A stretch of 64,000 nt of DNA, taken from Phoronis australis. Lineage: Eukaryota; Animalia; Phoronida. The translations under genes were made by a program, and so were the position numbers. The DNA is taken from positions 264,282 through 328,281 of the forward strand of contig NMRA01000422.1 in assembly GCA_002633005.1 (NCBI GenBank). Direction: 5' to 3'. The notes beneath the pieces were generated by a model that worked only from the letters and a program-made list of their open reading frames with translations, searched no databases and had not been told where the DNA came from. The stretch's first letter is position 1, and each line of letters starts with the position of its first letter. This document shows, in pieces, positions 25,480 to 38,915 of the stretch.

Positions 25480-26030
25480 GCCTGGCCCTAAGAACTGTAT
25501 TTTTTCAATGAAATAATACCAAAGTATCAGTACATGACGAGATCAATCAAAACGAAAAATCAAATCATCATTCACTACAGAACACAGGGCACCTCCTGAG
25601 AGCAAAAAAGCACAAAGCCGTCACGCTATAATCAAGCAAACTCAACTCTAATACCTGACTTGAGGCGACCAAAAATTCACAAGTGATTGTGCCAGTACGC
25701 ACAAGCATCCTATCAAAAAGAACTTGTTCCTGAGATACCAAATGGCATTTTTGAGTTCACAAGAAAGAAGTAAAAACACTATTATAAGACCCACTCTAAT
25801 ACTTAAAATTAAGCAAAAAAGAATGTTGCGCTTCGTCAACTCAACAGGTTTTCTAAATTTAGCAGTTAATAGTGTCCTTTCACACAAGGGAAACGACAAC
25901 GCTGCCAAAGAAGAGATGACGTACAGTTTCATCATCAGCAGTACAAAGACTACACTCAGAATCAGCACAGATGCCGTGACGATACAACTCGGACTTGACG
26001 GGTAAGATGTCGTTGACAATCTTCCAAGCT
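25480..26030 (-). mobile_element. 3' fragment of a Tx1/L1-clade LINE ORF2 (zf-RVT region), degenerate
   Basis: Reads WKIVNDILPVKSELYRHGICADSECSLCTADDETVRHLFF, then frameshifted ...KNAIWYLRNKF. Confidence 0.7.
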
Positions 26031-26034
26031 ACGN

Positions 26035-26750
26035 TTCCAGCCTCCATCAGCCAAGCCTTTAGAAGATCAACGATATTAACTTGTATTGACAACTGGAATT
26101 CCTTACCATTCAAAATAAAAGAAAGCACTTCAATCGTCACTCTCAAAAATAACTTTAAAATGCATACCACTACTCCAGACTTGCCTGTCCCATTGACATC
26201 ATTCCAACTTCCCCGCAACCATGAAATAACCCTATACAGATCAAGATGTGGTCTATTCCTAAACAACGAGAAATTTAGACATAATTTTAATAATATTTTG
26301 GCTCTGTGTTCCTGTGGAGATACCCAGACATATCCTCACATTTTTTTTGCTTGTGAGGTATGCAAGGAGGAGAGGGTACAGCTCTTCCAGGCACTCGAAC
26401 AATACCCCAATGTTTATAAAAATACTCTGAAATTCCGCAATTGTACAACAAAATTAATTTCTTTCTATATGGATGTCAAGAACTTAACTCAAACGAAAAT
26501 ATGGTTTTATTTGAAATAGTATCAGAATTTCTTTATAACATTAAATCTCTTTGTGTGAGTGGATAGAATTTTATACATCTGTATGAAAATAAATTATTTT
26601 CATTCGTTGTCATCTATCATTGTATTCTTAACATCATTATTTATGTATTTGTATATAATCATTGTATATAGAATTCTTTGTATTTTTTTACCCAGATCTA
26701 ATGTATATTCATTGTATTCTGAAGATTTCGTAATAAACATTAAAAAAAAA
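26035..26750 (+). mobile_element. 5'-truncated CR1/L2-group LINE 3' end with poly(A)
   Basis: Reads AFRRST...CIDNWNSLP..IK...FK...LYRSRCG..LN...CSCGDTQTYPHIFFAC; ends AATAAACATTAAAAAAAAA. Confidence 0.75.
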
Positions 26751-27196
26751 CTTTGACTAGATTTTAGCTAGGTCCTAGCGTAGGTCCTAGCGTCTACCGA
26801 ACGCACGCCTGATATGTCGACACTTGCAGCCGATTTCATAAAGGTGGCTTAAAGTTAAACCTGGTTTAAATTGGACTTAGACAGGTTTAAAGATAATCTG
26901 GTGGTTTGACTGAGAAAAATGGACTAGTAAAACCATGGTTTAATTCCAGTTTAGACCTAGTCTAAGTCAGTTTTCATTTCACCAACGAGATCTATGTTCC
27001 TTATACCTGCATTTTAATACAGGTAAAACTTTAGATGTGGTCAGACCCAGGCTTAATACTGTGAAATATGGCAGGCTTGCACGATATAGGTGTAAATGAA
27101 TGATGTCGCAGTGTGCATTTACGACGTACAGGTTTCAGAGCGAGAGTGGACTATTTTCAATTTTGAGTTATAACAACGACACAAGATCAAACGTAG

Positions 27197-27352
27197 CAGG
27201 GTGGGATCCATGATTTTTTAAAGGGGGGTGTCGGATCAAGAATTTTCTTAAAGGGGCTTCATGTCAACAATGTGAAAATTATAGATTTAATATCACTAAA
27301 ATCAAGGGAAAAAGGGGGTCCGGACCCATTGACCCCCCTACATCGGCCTATG
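27197..27352. mobile_element. GC-rich MITE with 5-bp TSD
   Basis: CGTAG|CAGGGTGGGATCC...CATCGGCCTATG|CATAG, TSD matching 4/5. Confidence 0.6.
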
Positions 27353-27909
27353 CATAGACCAGTACGTGTTGCAGGGTGTCCTTCCGATTCCTCAGAATAC
27401 GTCGTCGTAAGCGCTAGGTGTTTAAATGAAGACGGCATTCTCTGATTCTTCTGACTGAGTTCCACCTCCATCGGTCCCCGATTTAAAGTTGTCGGGCATG
27501 GGTTCTGCTCCCCCTTTGGCCCCAAAGATAAACTTTAAAATGACACCGAAATAAATTTTGACATTGATTATGTTGCGGTTATTAAGGAACAGGTACTTTA
27601 ATGTTTGTACATGTACGTGCGTTACAAAATGAAAAATGTCCCCTCGTGATATCCTATATCTGCCACAAGGTCTCTCACCGTTTTTGTTTGCAATTTTTCA
27701 CTTCTTCTCTATCAAATAGGCCTTTTCTCTGATCAGTTCCGAGAGGGAACATTTTTCCTCACGAAAAAAGCATTTAGACCTTTTTTGCAAATGTCTGCAC
27801 TGATTCTACTACTGTGCGTCATTCTATACCCACGTGATCAATGTTACATTGAAGCACTTCAATAGTTTCTTTGTTGGGTTAATCCAGTTCGACACAGTAG
27901 GGTGGCTTT

Positions 27910-29781
27910 GATAAGCCGTAAAACGTAACAATTTCGTAAAATGTAACAACGATATTGTTTGTAAATGTAACTATATCCTTCCGTAGTTTGCCACGAAGAC
28001 CTGAATTCAGACTGCCATCTTTTACTTGTGACTTACATATGAAAGTCAGGATACCCACCATGTTATCATTTTTGTCTCTTGTTGAAAACATTCCTTTTCA
28101 AAGAATTGGGTCTCGTTCCAAAATCTAACTTCAAAAACTTCTTTAAGTTGAATTCTGAAGGTAGACATTTTTTCGAGAACTAGCGACTGCGGTCACTGGG
28201 TCATTAAAATAACTGGTAACGGACATACAAAACACGCAACAATTTTATGTGGAACGGGACCCAGAATTCAATGATTGAACTGAGTGATTTGAACTAGGTT
28301 TCATTGAAAGTGGGTTGTAAAAAACAAGAACGGTCAATGTCAAAGTCAGCGATGCTTAATATGCGCTTTTTATTCGATGTAGCAAATGGGACACTACAGC
28401 AAATTTTCTGCCACGAGTGTTGTTGACAGCGAGCTGCAACTCAAAAATGGCGCCTTATGAGACACGTGGCTTCACGTCCATTAATAATAGAATGTCCAAT
28501 CTCTGTCTTTATTTAAACGTGCTTCTGACTAACAAACATTGACCAAATAGCAATTTTAATTGACATTTTATCTTAAAATATTGATATTTTATCTTAAAAG
28601 ATCATAGAAAGAGAAAGCGCATGTTTTGTAGTCCAAAAGGCCCACAGTAAGCTATTTCCGGATTGGTACTTTAAACTGTCGACGTAGACTCGGTATGACT
28701 ACAATGACCGTGTCCTTCCAGAGTGGCAAATGTTTTCTATTTCCCCAGCTAGGCCACCCATTTTTACATGTGCATGTCGCGGTTTGATCAGTTGTTACCA
28801 CCACCACTAATTCAGACAGGTTTGACATCATAGGAACGAAAATACTTCTTTCAGCTTTAAGCTTTTTAAAACACGTTACTATGGCGTTAATTTTTTAAAC
28901 TATTGGCTCTCTCATATCAGACGCGATCTTTTGCTCTTGCACTGGCAAAATCTATCAACCTGTCCGAAAATAAATGCGTGCTTTTACATTGTATTTCCTT
29001 CTACCACAATGTCTTTAAAAATTGTCATTCGTAGCTAAGGTGGTAGACAGAACCCGTCCGTCGGCATCAGACACTTTGGTCTTCCCCCTTTGTGTGGAGC
29101 ATTAACCATGATTCCAAGGCAATAAAACACTGGCTCAAATATATCAAACTATCGTGTACTAAAACGGGTGTTTTTTCAATCAAATTGCCTTCCAAAATTG
29201 AATTCTCCATGAAAAACAATTGTTATAATTATCGTTTGTTCCCGAAGAAATGCGATAAATATTAGCCAAAATATGATGTCATTGTTTCTGTTCATGGTAC
29301 TAAGGGAAGTGTTTTTACCGTAATGCCGGACTCACAATTGGGTGTGACCTGTGAACGCCAAGAAGAGATTCCAAGAACGCTTTAACAATAAAAACGTTTT
29401 ACCTAATCCGGGAATTTCCTTTCGTCTGGAGTTGAAACTGTACGGGGTACATTTTCGACTATACCAAAAAACTACTCATGTTAAAACAACAATGGAAAGC
29501 CACATAGAGACACATCTATAAATTCAAGCTGGCACATTTGATAGAATTTCATTCAAACAATCCGAGAAAGAAGACGTTAAGTGCATGACCTGTTTTCCTC
29601 CGTGACACAAATACCATGCAAACTCATGAAATATGACGTAGCTTTCGTAAAATGTAACAATGGTACATTTGTCGCATGTGCATTTGACGTAAATTGCAAA
29701 ACAGTTTCATAACAACTTCTTACATTTTAGGAGAGGCCTTACAACGTAAATTGTAACAGTTGTTACATTTTACGTATCATG
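27910..29781. mobile_element. Nested TIR element with CGTAAAATGTAACA subterminal repeats
   Basis: CGTAAAACGTAACAA and CGTAAAATGTAACAA at the left; TTGTTACATTTTACG inverted at the right, plus further motif copies at 29646-29757. Confidence 0.55.
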
Positions 29782-30170
29782 ACGTGCATACTTTAAACCT
29801 GGTTTTACTACATCCGCTCCCTGGTCTAAGAAAACCAGGCTTTCAGACTTTTAAACCACGTTTAGGAAGACCAGGTTTAAGTCTTTAACCTGGTTTTGTT
29901 AAACCACCTCCATGAAATCGGCTGTAAGTATTTATTTTCAAATGGAAGTTACTTTCAACGATGTAAGGTGTCCGAAGTGGAAAATCAAGAAACAAAAAAT
30001 ATAAATTTGGAAGTATCTTGTTGTTATTTCAGTGATTGTGCATTGCTACTTGATTAGCCGGCGAAAAGAAAATCGAATTAGTCCTTATTGTCATGCAACC
30101 AGTTCTTTGTCAACAGGAATCTAATAGATAACGCGTTCATGCGCCGTTTTTCAATTAATTGCTATTATAG

Positions 30171-30527
30171 TGTTCAGTGAAGGGAAACTGGTCCGGGTGG
30201 ACACCGTGGTCGTCGTGTATTAAGACTTGTGACAATGGTGAGAAGACCCATTCAAGAGTGTGTTGGCAGCTTCTATATGGCAACCACCATTGTGTCGGAG
30301 ACAGCACCGGATGGAAGATTTGTCAAACCATCCTCTGCTCCGTAAGTAAGTAGTGTGTGATGGAATAGGGAAGAATGGACGCCGTGCACCAAACAATGCG
30401 GTGATTACGTAACCAGGCAGCGAAAGTGTGACAACCCAATTCCAGTAAATGGCGGGAAGTCGTTTGATGGCGTCCAGTGTGAAACAAAGTGTGCTAAAAC
30501 TGCTTATGAAACGAATTTGTAAATGGC
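30171..30527 (+). pseudogene. Decayed copy of TSP1 repeats 4-5 of the upstream receptor
   Basis: CSVKGNWSGWTPWSSCIKTCDNGEKTHSRVCWQLLYGNHHCVGDSTGWKICQTILCS aligns to repeat 4. After a stop/frameshift, EEWTPCTKQCGDYVTRQRKCDNPIPVNGGKSFDG aligns to repeat 5, followed by another stop. Confidence 0.85.
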
Positions 30528-32399
30528 AAGTAGGTTCGTGTCATTTACTGCACATAGTCACACTCGAGAAAACTGATCTTGAAAAGGTGACTTACCGAGC
30601 TCACGTTAGCCGCCTCAGCTACGAGAGTTACGCATGACTGGACTAAATTCCGAAAAATTTTCAACGTTCTTGCTTAGTTTTAAAATAGTGTGTTTTTCAT
30701 ATTACACACAAACTCATAGTGGCTGAATTAGGGACAGCTCGGGGGCGGTCTCTCTCAAGCCTTGACAGAGGAAAACGCCGTCGACATGACGGTTTTGGTG
30801 CTTTCGCAGACACTTTGTTTCGAAAATCGCGGTATTGCTTCTCACACTACACTGTATACTAAATCCGCCAATTAAACTACTGTGCGTGCGTCTTTCATGA
30901 TTCGGAAAATTGTGATAATTTTCAGGTAAAATATTTAATAAGTGGCAGCTTGCTAATACTATATTGTCATTTTATGCGACAAGCACAACAGTGTGGCAAC
31001 CATATATGTCGGTGAAAATGGCTGGTTCACGTCGTGGTGCAAGCAACGGCTCCAATGACTCTACGATGCAGAATGAATTATTGGAAGAAATCAAGCTCAT
31101 AAGACACACCACGGAGGTGATACAGCGGCAAATTGATTCTAAAATTGATAAGCTGAAAAATGATCTGCAATTATGAATGGAAACTCAGCTTAAAGCCTTC
31201 AAAGCAGATTTGGATGTTGGAATTGCCGGTATTGACAACCGCATCCACGCTTTAGAAAAGCGAGTTGCTAAGAGTCTACAGGTTACATTGAACCCCCTGA
31301 ATGATCACAATGTTTGTATTATTGCTTACGGACTACATGCTGACGCAAATGCTCGTCTTCACGATACTGTAACTGATATGTTACGAGGTATCGCCGTGAG
31401 AGATGTCGAGCTCGTTGCTTGTAAATTCATGGGTTCTAGAAGTATGAGCGACACCTGGGCCCGGTCTCTAATCTTTATACTCGAAAGGAACTCGAGACTA
31501 TTTTTGGCAATTTCTCTGCTCCTTTTGTCCGAACTTAAAATAATTGGTTATCAGACTGTGCTCGAATACATTATAATTTATGCATAGGAGTTTCTAGTTC
31601 AAGTTTGCCCTTGATGACCCTTATATTCGTGCTACAAACTCGAGTAAAAACTCGAAATTTCGAGTTCAAACTCGAACTTATTGCTTTAATATTGGGTTTA
31701 CAAACTGTGAACTAAGGGCAATAAATTATCTANCAAGACTTTGGTGTAAGAACAGCCTCCCCGCAATTTCTGGTACTGTACACTTTTCGCGAATGCGGTC
31801 ACTTTCTCAATGTGAGTGCCCCCTTGGTCATTCCTTGTATAGACCTAACTTGTTATAGAGTGTGTCTTCAAACGGACTCGCGACCAGACTACGGCGCCCG
31901 CCACAATAGCAATTCTTCGGAAAAAGATTTTTTTTCAAAAATATTACATGTACATGTACACTGTATGATATTGCGCAAGACAACTTTACTATACACCAGT
32001 TACAAACGTGTTGAGTGTAATAGAATGACACGGCATGACAGACGAGGTAAAAACGTTGCACGTCAATTCGCCTGAATATCAGGGTTGCGGCACCGCAGTA
32101 TTTCCCCTAAAGGCAAATCAAAATATATCTTAGGGTAAAGAAGCTAGTTACCTAAAGAAATCAGCTATAGAACTGCTCATTCAGCAGTGAATCCATGTAA
32201 AATGCTTGGCTACTTCAGAAGTGTCGACGGAAGCGCGCGCACAATAAATCCCCGCGCGTTTTGCGGATGAGCCACAAAGACTCAGCAATTCACAATGCAA
32301 AAAACTATATTTTCAGAGTGAACCCCCCCTCAATTTTTTCCAAGTTGGTTTACTTGGGGTTTACACACGCTGGCGGTGCCGTTTTTGTTTTGCTGGAGA

Positions 32400-32479
32400 C
32401 GCTTTTGTTTTTTTTAATTTTTGGGTCCTGGCTCGAGGGGGGGTTTAAACCCCCTGAACCCCCCGTAGATCCGCCACTG
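32400..32479 (-). mobile_element. End of a CAG.GGCGGATCT MITE (same family as 43008-43243) inside the LINE
   Basis: Reverse complement matches CAG.GGCGGATCTAC.GGGGG..TTCAGGGGGTTTAAACCCCCCCTCG. Confidence 0.65.
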
Positions 32480-34247
32480 AGAACAGGCAATAAACTATAT
32501 TTCATTCAAAATATTGACGAAGTAGGCCTAAGACAGATCATAGATTTTCAGACCAATCGATTTGGTGACTTCGTGAGAGACTCGAAACTGGCTATTGCTA
32601 ATGGCAGAATTACTCCAGAATTTGACAACTTGACCTCTGTCTCGGCTAGAGGAAATGCTGTTATAGATTATTTTTTAACTGACCAACATAATTTGAAGAA
32701 TGTATCGTTTTCTGTTTCTAAGACTTCTGGTATTATTGATATGTTAGATATCCACGCATTGATTGGCCGAAGATGTAAATCCCCAGAACATTCTGTTTTT
32801 GTTTAAAAGTTTAACATCTCCGAGCCTGGTGCATGATCATCTGGTATCGACAAACCTTTACATTCAAGTACTCCTGTCATCTATTGTTCAAACAAGAAAG
32901 TCGTCTAACCTTTCTACATTTGTGACATTTGTGGACATGAAAAAAGCTTTTGATTGGACAAACCATAGCTTCTGTTTTATAAATTACTGCAAAATGTTAT
33001 TAATGGTAGAATGTATGATGCAATTCGTGTGATTTACAGAAGTCCGTTAAACTGTATACGATTAAGTGGCACTCTGTATAGTGGATGCCTCACTCCCGGA
33101 AATGGTGTCCGTCATGGGGACGTTTTATCGCCGACACTCTTTGCCTTGAATATAAATGACTTAGCTCTGGACATTATAAAATGGGTAAAGGTGTCAAATG
33201 AGGCATATCTTGGATTCCATTTTCAATCTCAGACAGAAGTGCATTATCGTAGGCCTACGATAATGCACTTCTGTCTGAGATTGAAAATGGAATCCAAGAT
33301 ATGTTGAAGGTTTTATACAACTGGTGTAAAAAGTGAAGAATGGTTGTGAACATGGCAAAAACTAATTTCCGAGGTAATTCTACGCCTAGAGCCAATTTTT
33401 AATTTATTTTTAATAGTGTCATTAGTTATAAATCCTCATACAAATATTTAGGCTGTATTCTGGATCAACACCTTAACTTCAAGATAATTTGAATACATTA
33501 TCTGAAGCTTCTGGTAGAGCGTTAGGGAAGATATGTTCAACATTCCGTGATAACAAGAATCCAGTATTCGAAACGTTTAAAACATTATTTAATTCTTGTG
33601 TGGCACCAGTTTTGGATTACGGGTCATCGTTTAAAAATATTCAAAAAAGGTATGCGTTTTTAGCTAGGGGTCAACCGATTTACAGCCACTCATGCTGTTA
33701 GTGACGATATGGGGTGGAACTCCACCGGAAATAGACTTAAATTGAATATGTTGCGTCTTTGGAACAAACTAGTGACCACAGGAGGTGATAGGTTACTGAA
33801 GACGGTATTTCTATGGGACAATTCTGTTGGTAAAAATGGTTGGATGGATGGAATCAAAAACTTGTTTAACATAACTGGCAAGCAATCCAGTTTTCAAACT
33901 TTGACTACTTGTAACGTTGGAGATGCTAGAAACAAACCATTTGAATACTCGAAACATGTTTGGACTGAGTCTGTTGTAACAAAACCCAAGTTAAGGACCT
34001 ACATTTTATTTAAGCACGAGTTTTTAACTGAACTGTATGTGAAGCTTAATTTATCTCGTTCCTAGCAATCTCTTTTGGCTCAGTTTAGAGCAGGAAGTCG
34101 CCCATTGCACTTGGAAACTGGTCGTTATGTAAACACTCCTGTAAGTGACAGACTTTGCTTGTTTTGTGATTCTTGTTCTGTGGAGGATGAGCTACATTTT
34201 GTGTTTGATTGTTCTCTTTATAACTCACTAAGGTCTATTCTATTTAA

Positions 34248-35180
34248 AGTGTACGCAACATAACTCTAGTACCTCAAAATACATTTTATTATTATATCTT
34301 ACTTGATTTCAGTGCCTTTAGTGCACAGCTCATAAAGAAACACGTAAAAATTGAAAAATATAATAATTATGTACAACGTCATGGGTTGAACCCAAGTCGT
34401 TCGGCACACTGTTCGGATCAGCGACTAAGTGTATAGAGTGAAGTATATTTAACGTCGAGAAGGTTCGTAGAGGGATGAAAAGATGTGTTTGCGGAGGCTG
34501 CAGCAAAAGCAGTCAGACGGAGAACGTCTCGGTGTTCCGAAGGACGCCAAAGTTGCGCAGTAGTGGCATCGCTTCGTGCGCCGAACGAGAGTGTGGGACC
34601 TCAGCGTGGACCAAGCGATTCTGTCCGGGGCCACTCTGTGTTCTGCCCACTTTGAGGAGTCGTGTCTCGACTCCAATCAGAGGAGATGTTACGATGGTTC
34701 AATAAAGGACAATATTTACTATTCAGAAACATCGGCTCTTTATTCAGGATGACTGGGTTGACTGGCCGAGCCCGAGGCCGCTTCTCTCGCGGGAGGATCC
34801 AGTTCGTAAGGCCTCAAAGTAGAAAAGTACGTAGCTGAAAGCATATCAAACTCGTTCTCGCTTTCGTACAACCCCATTTCGTCATCCTGGCCAACATTCT
34901 CGTACGTTTCTTCATAGTATTTGTTCATTTCTTGCTCATAATCGTTGTCGTTTTCAAATTCCCTACTCTCCGCCGTTGTTCAATGCTAGTCGCTGATCTC
35001 TTGTGTTCAACTCATGATGTCACATAGCGGGAAATGTGAAAATTGGCAAAATTGAAAGAGAAATCAAAATTTCGAGCTAATGACACAAGATAATCATGGA
35101 TTTGGCTAAATTTTACGTCATACATTTAGTCTGTGGCCACCGGTAATTCGAAATGTGCAAATATCCATGGTGTGTACTGT
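34248..35180 (+). mobile_element. Internally deleted Kolobok-like element with a THAP zinc-finger pseudo-ORF, inserted at TTAA in LINE ORF2
   Basis: TTAA on both flanks with imperfect TIRs (AGTGTACGCAACAT / ATGGTGTGTACTGT). Reads MKRCVCGGCS.../PKDAKVAQ*WHRFVRRTR...LCSAHFEESC, the THAP C2CH signature. LINE coding sequence continues on both sides. Confidence 0.75.
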
Positions 35181-35511
35181 TTAATAACTTTCACTTCAAG
35201 TCCCGAACTTTGCAGATTTTAGAAGATTAGAAACGTTAAAACTGCTGTTACAGTATTTCCTTAGGCAATTTGTCAAATATATCAAATCTGCTTTTGAACT
35301 TAGAAACCGTCTCATTTATAGTAGGCCTACCTCTGAGTTGAGTGGTTAAAGTGACTAATAAGCCCAAATGGGCTTGGTACTTATTTTTCATACGAAAGCT
35401 ATACGTATTACTGTTTGAATTAATTGTATTTGTCACTATAATAAATAAACATATAACTGTTTGAATTAATTGTATTTGTCACTATAATAAATAAATACAA
35501 TACAATGTAAT

Positions 35512-35597
35512 GTAGTTAGAATCGTCGTAGGAGGGATAGGGACCATCATCGTCATCACTGTCATCGGTGTTGCTTTGGTCATTATTTACAAACGCCT
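35512..35597 (+). pseudogene. Decayed copy of the TM exon, 5' part lost at the LINE tail
   Basis: Reads VVRIVVGGIGTIIVITVIGVALVIIYKR with the same phase-2 gtaagtgt donor as 18954/18955. Confidence 0.8.
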
Positions 35598-36319
35598 GTA
35601 AGTGTAAGGATGTCAGGCTTTTATTAACACCTCATATTTCCCTTACTTTAACTTACGTGATAAACAGTCGAGGTTTCGTTATCGGGAGCCATTTACTGGT
35701 CTCTTGAAAGGCTTTTGAAACTCAAGCAAATCCTTCGCATACAGCATTCAATGCAGCTACTCTTGCGTCCTCTAAATTAAGTCACAGTGTAATCCAAGCC
35801 TAACGAACGGATGCTATAAATCAAAGTTAAAAAAGTTCTTGAAAACAATGCTTCCCTCAAAGAATAATAATTGGAGATTTTTTCTACTCACTTGACTTAA
35901 AGGGAAATTATACTGTTTACGACCACGAAACGCATATTTGGAATAATGGTATTTGATAAGGTGCCCTCTTGAAGTTATTAGCTTTAATCTGAGTTATAAG
36001 AAACGAAACCGTGTTTTTTGTGATTTTATAGTTATTGTCTGCCAGACAATCAGTGAAATCAACGCCGTTTTTTGTCTTGTACTACTGCATATCGTCGTGT
36101 TAAGCTGGATAAAAACGAAAACCATAACCTACCCTTTAACATTCTTCGCCTTGGTAGGGATTAATTTCTGTTACCAACATCATCAAAACCATCAGCGACA
36201 ACGCTTCAGAATGCAGTTAAGTTGGCGAGTCCTAAAATTGGGAATTGGAATATGGCACATCTATGTACAATTGTCTGCTTTGGTAGCAGCCTGGCGTATT
36301 CAAATGGGGACACATTTAA

Positions 36320-36853
36320 AATTGTTGGGTAGGCATCAGTGAGCTGGGAACACTTTGTAATGAAAAGTTAGAAAACGCCTAGGGTTGTACTGGGTTACGA
36401 TGGCCACCAGCAAAAGTCCTTGGGGTTATGCTCAAAACGAGGGCCAAATCTTATTACCACCTCAGCACATGTTGCCAATGGTTAGGGGAACAACCAAAAT
36501 TTGTGACTATGGGAGGGTCAAATCTCATGTGGCATACATACAACAGTGCTTTTATCCGTTCAGCATTCCTCCCATGTACCCCCTGGGAGGGGTCAACACG
36601 TGCCCATTTGGCACCCACCTGGTTTGCACTCCTCCCTTGTACCCCTTTGATGGCACCTGGGGGCAACTCCACCAGGAGCAATCACACAGTAATTTTTTGG
36701 TGCGTAGAACGTCATTTAAGTATGACTTTTTCAGTGTTGACATGGTTCGGACTGTGCCGCTAAACTAGTGTTGCTTATTTTCCGCTCGAGGCTGTAGCTG
36801 CCGGCGAATGACAAGATGGCGGAGTGAACGCTCCTATTCTAAGCACACTCCTT
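36320..36853 (+). repeat. Interspersed repeat, copy 1 (direct repeat with 44930-45597)
   Basis: Shares CAGTGAGCTGGGA, CAAAATTTGTGAC.ATGGGAGGG, CCCATTTGGC.CCCACCTGGTTT, AATCACACAGTAATTTT and ATGGCGGAGTGAAC.CTCCT with copy 2, in the same order. Confidence 0.75.
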
Positions 36854-38644
36854 TATAAAAGTCATGAGAACGACGGAAATAGGCCAATGGCATCGTTACA
36901 CGACTCATCACTGTTATACACGCTCAGTCTGGAGACAATCGCAAGGGATTGAAATATCTCAGGGTACGTGGAATCCTAAAGTTTCATTAAATACTGAATA
37001 TGAGTGTACGGGGTTTTGAAAATATCTTGCGAGTTTGTCGGGCAAATCCGCTTTCAAAATCTGATAACGGGGTCAGTATAACCTGCAAACCTATGCAGTT
37101 TTGTTAAGGTCGGGGTAACAGTTAACACAATACTGTTATGTTGAACATCAACATGCCTGTACTCTAGAATATATCGATCACATTTATATGAAAAAACAAG
37201 TAATACAAAAAATACTGAGAATTAGGCTTCTTACTTTCGTGAAATACTGCAGCAATCTATTTCCGCTTCCAAGAAGCACAACAAAGCTACTAGCGCCTCC
37301 AGATTTATGGGATTTGGTCTACTCTAGAATTGCGAATTCGAGAACAGCCCATGTACGCATTGCCTATGACTTTAGTTGGTAACGGAAATAGGATTCTGTC
37401 AAAGAGAGTAAAATACCTAGTTCCGTTTTCGTTTTGTAGACGGCTAAGCAGGGAGCAATGCTGCTTCAACAACAACGTTAATTGTAGTGGAGACCGTGAC
37501 TCGTGTATTCTGTATTACATATTTCTAGTAGTTAGTTAATAGACATCAAACTACCGGAACCTAATTACAATTTTCCGAACATATTGGTTTGAAATCGATT
37601 GTCCATTGGTATTTTTCTCGAGTGTGGTGGAACTGTTAAATCGATCTGAAGACCTGCCAATAACCAAGGGCTCAACTGAAAACACAACTTCCAGAACACC
37701 ACTTTGCAGAAATGACTGTTTCGCTTTCGTGCGTTGTTACAACTCGGAAGTCGCTGTTCCTGCTCACTCTATCGACGAAACGGCAACAAAACACATCCTC
37801 CCTTTTTACTCATACGTTTGCGCAGATACTTGGCTGAACACAACACAACACAAAGATGTCTGAGACAAATACATATTTTTTAACACGTATTTTACCAATA
37901 ACACGTACAGGAAACGACATTTGCTTCAAAAAAGTAAGATGAAACATGCTAATAATATAGTAAATATAATACATTACAACATTTCATGTTCGACATATGC
38001 CCGGACCAATATGTGGTAAGGTTAGTTATTGGACAGATGAAATATAATGTTACAGTAAATTACGAAAAAATCTGTGCTTCAAAATACGGCGTTTTGATAT
38101 CCTCAATGTCATCATCAGGTATAATACAGTCAGTTTACATGTCAAATGAAATAAAATATTCCCAAAGGCAAGACAAATCCATAATCCATTAATCACATCA
38201 CAGTGCATGACAAACTCTGTTTTCGGAGAGGAAAAGGGGACGTAAAGAACATTATTACTATTGGGCACTTTCAGTTATCAAGATCCAGTTGGGGAAATTG
38301 ATATGATAACAAGAATAAGAACTGCATTGGAAAGTTAACCGCAAATTTCCAACTGTTCGCGTGAAACTTCAGTTCAAAATAGTGACACGTTTTCTGTAAA
38401 GTACCGCCTGGAGTCTACGGATCAGGGGTGAGTCTCTTTCAGCAAACTAGTCCCCATAGATCTGGAAGAGCAACTTGAAAACTGAGACTGAAACGTGCAC
38501 GTTGGGAAAAGATTTCAGGTACAATGGAGGATAAATTTTGGAAAGTGAATATATGGCATTGAAAGTTAGACCCTTCATAAAGTAGTGCCTTTAGACTAAG
38601 GGTGTTTACCAAAGATGGACACGTACTCTCAAGACAACAACAGA

Positions 38645-38915
38645 CATGCGCGCACCCAGGTGGGGGAGGGGGGGGGGGGGCTCGGGAGGCTCGAAGGAGC
38701 CCCCATTTGGCAAAGTAGGCAAAATAGTCTGTCTCGGAGAAACAAGAACTCCGGGAAACGTGACAAAAGTCCACTAAAAAGGCGTAAACACACAATCCAA
38801 AGCTCCGAACGTGGTACCCGTGTTTTTTGTTTTAGTCCTCCCGCTTTTTTGTTAGTAAAAGGTTCACATCGTCGGCAATTCGAGCCCCCCATATTACAGG
38901 CTGGGTGCGCGCATG
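38645..38915 (+). mobile_element. MITE (CATGCGCGCACCC family) inserted in the last codons of the LRR-Ig gene
   Basis: Perfect 15-bp TIR CATGCGCGCACCCAG / CTGGGTGCGCGCATG; siblings at 11848 and 44530. It overlaps the CDS end and supplies MRAPSL*. Confidence 0.88.

Larger units (their letters stand above)
26827..29924. mobile_element. TIR DNA element (PIF/Harbinger-like MITE) enlarged by nested insertions
   Basis: CAGCCGATTTCATAAAGGTGG ... CCACCTCCATGAAATCGGCTG inverted termini; repeated AACCTGGTTT subterminal motifs at both ends; TAA on the right flank. Confidence 0.7.
30730..35510 (+). mobile_element. Degenerate CR1/L2-group LINE (ORF1 remnant, endonuclease/RT fragments, 3' tail) with nested insertions
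   Basis: Coiled-coil ORF1-like reads at 31018-31440. ORF2 motifs: NGR...G.AVIDYFL, FVDMKKAFD, GVRHGDVLSPTLFAL.INDL, YKYLG, KLRTY..FK, AQFR.G...LHLETGRY...RLC.FC...VEDELHF.F.C..Y. ORF2 resumes after 35184 (KYIKSAFELRNRLIY). Duplicated ~40-bp AATAAATAAA tail. 5' end approximate. Confidence 0.85.
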
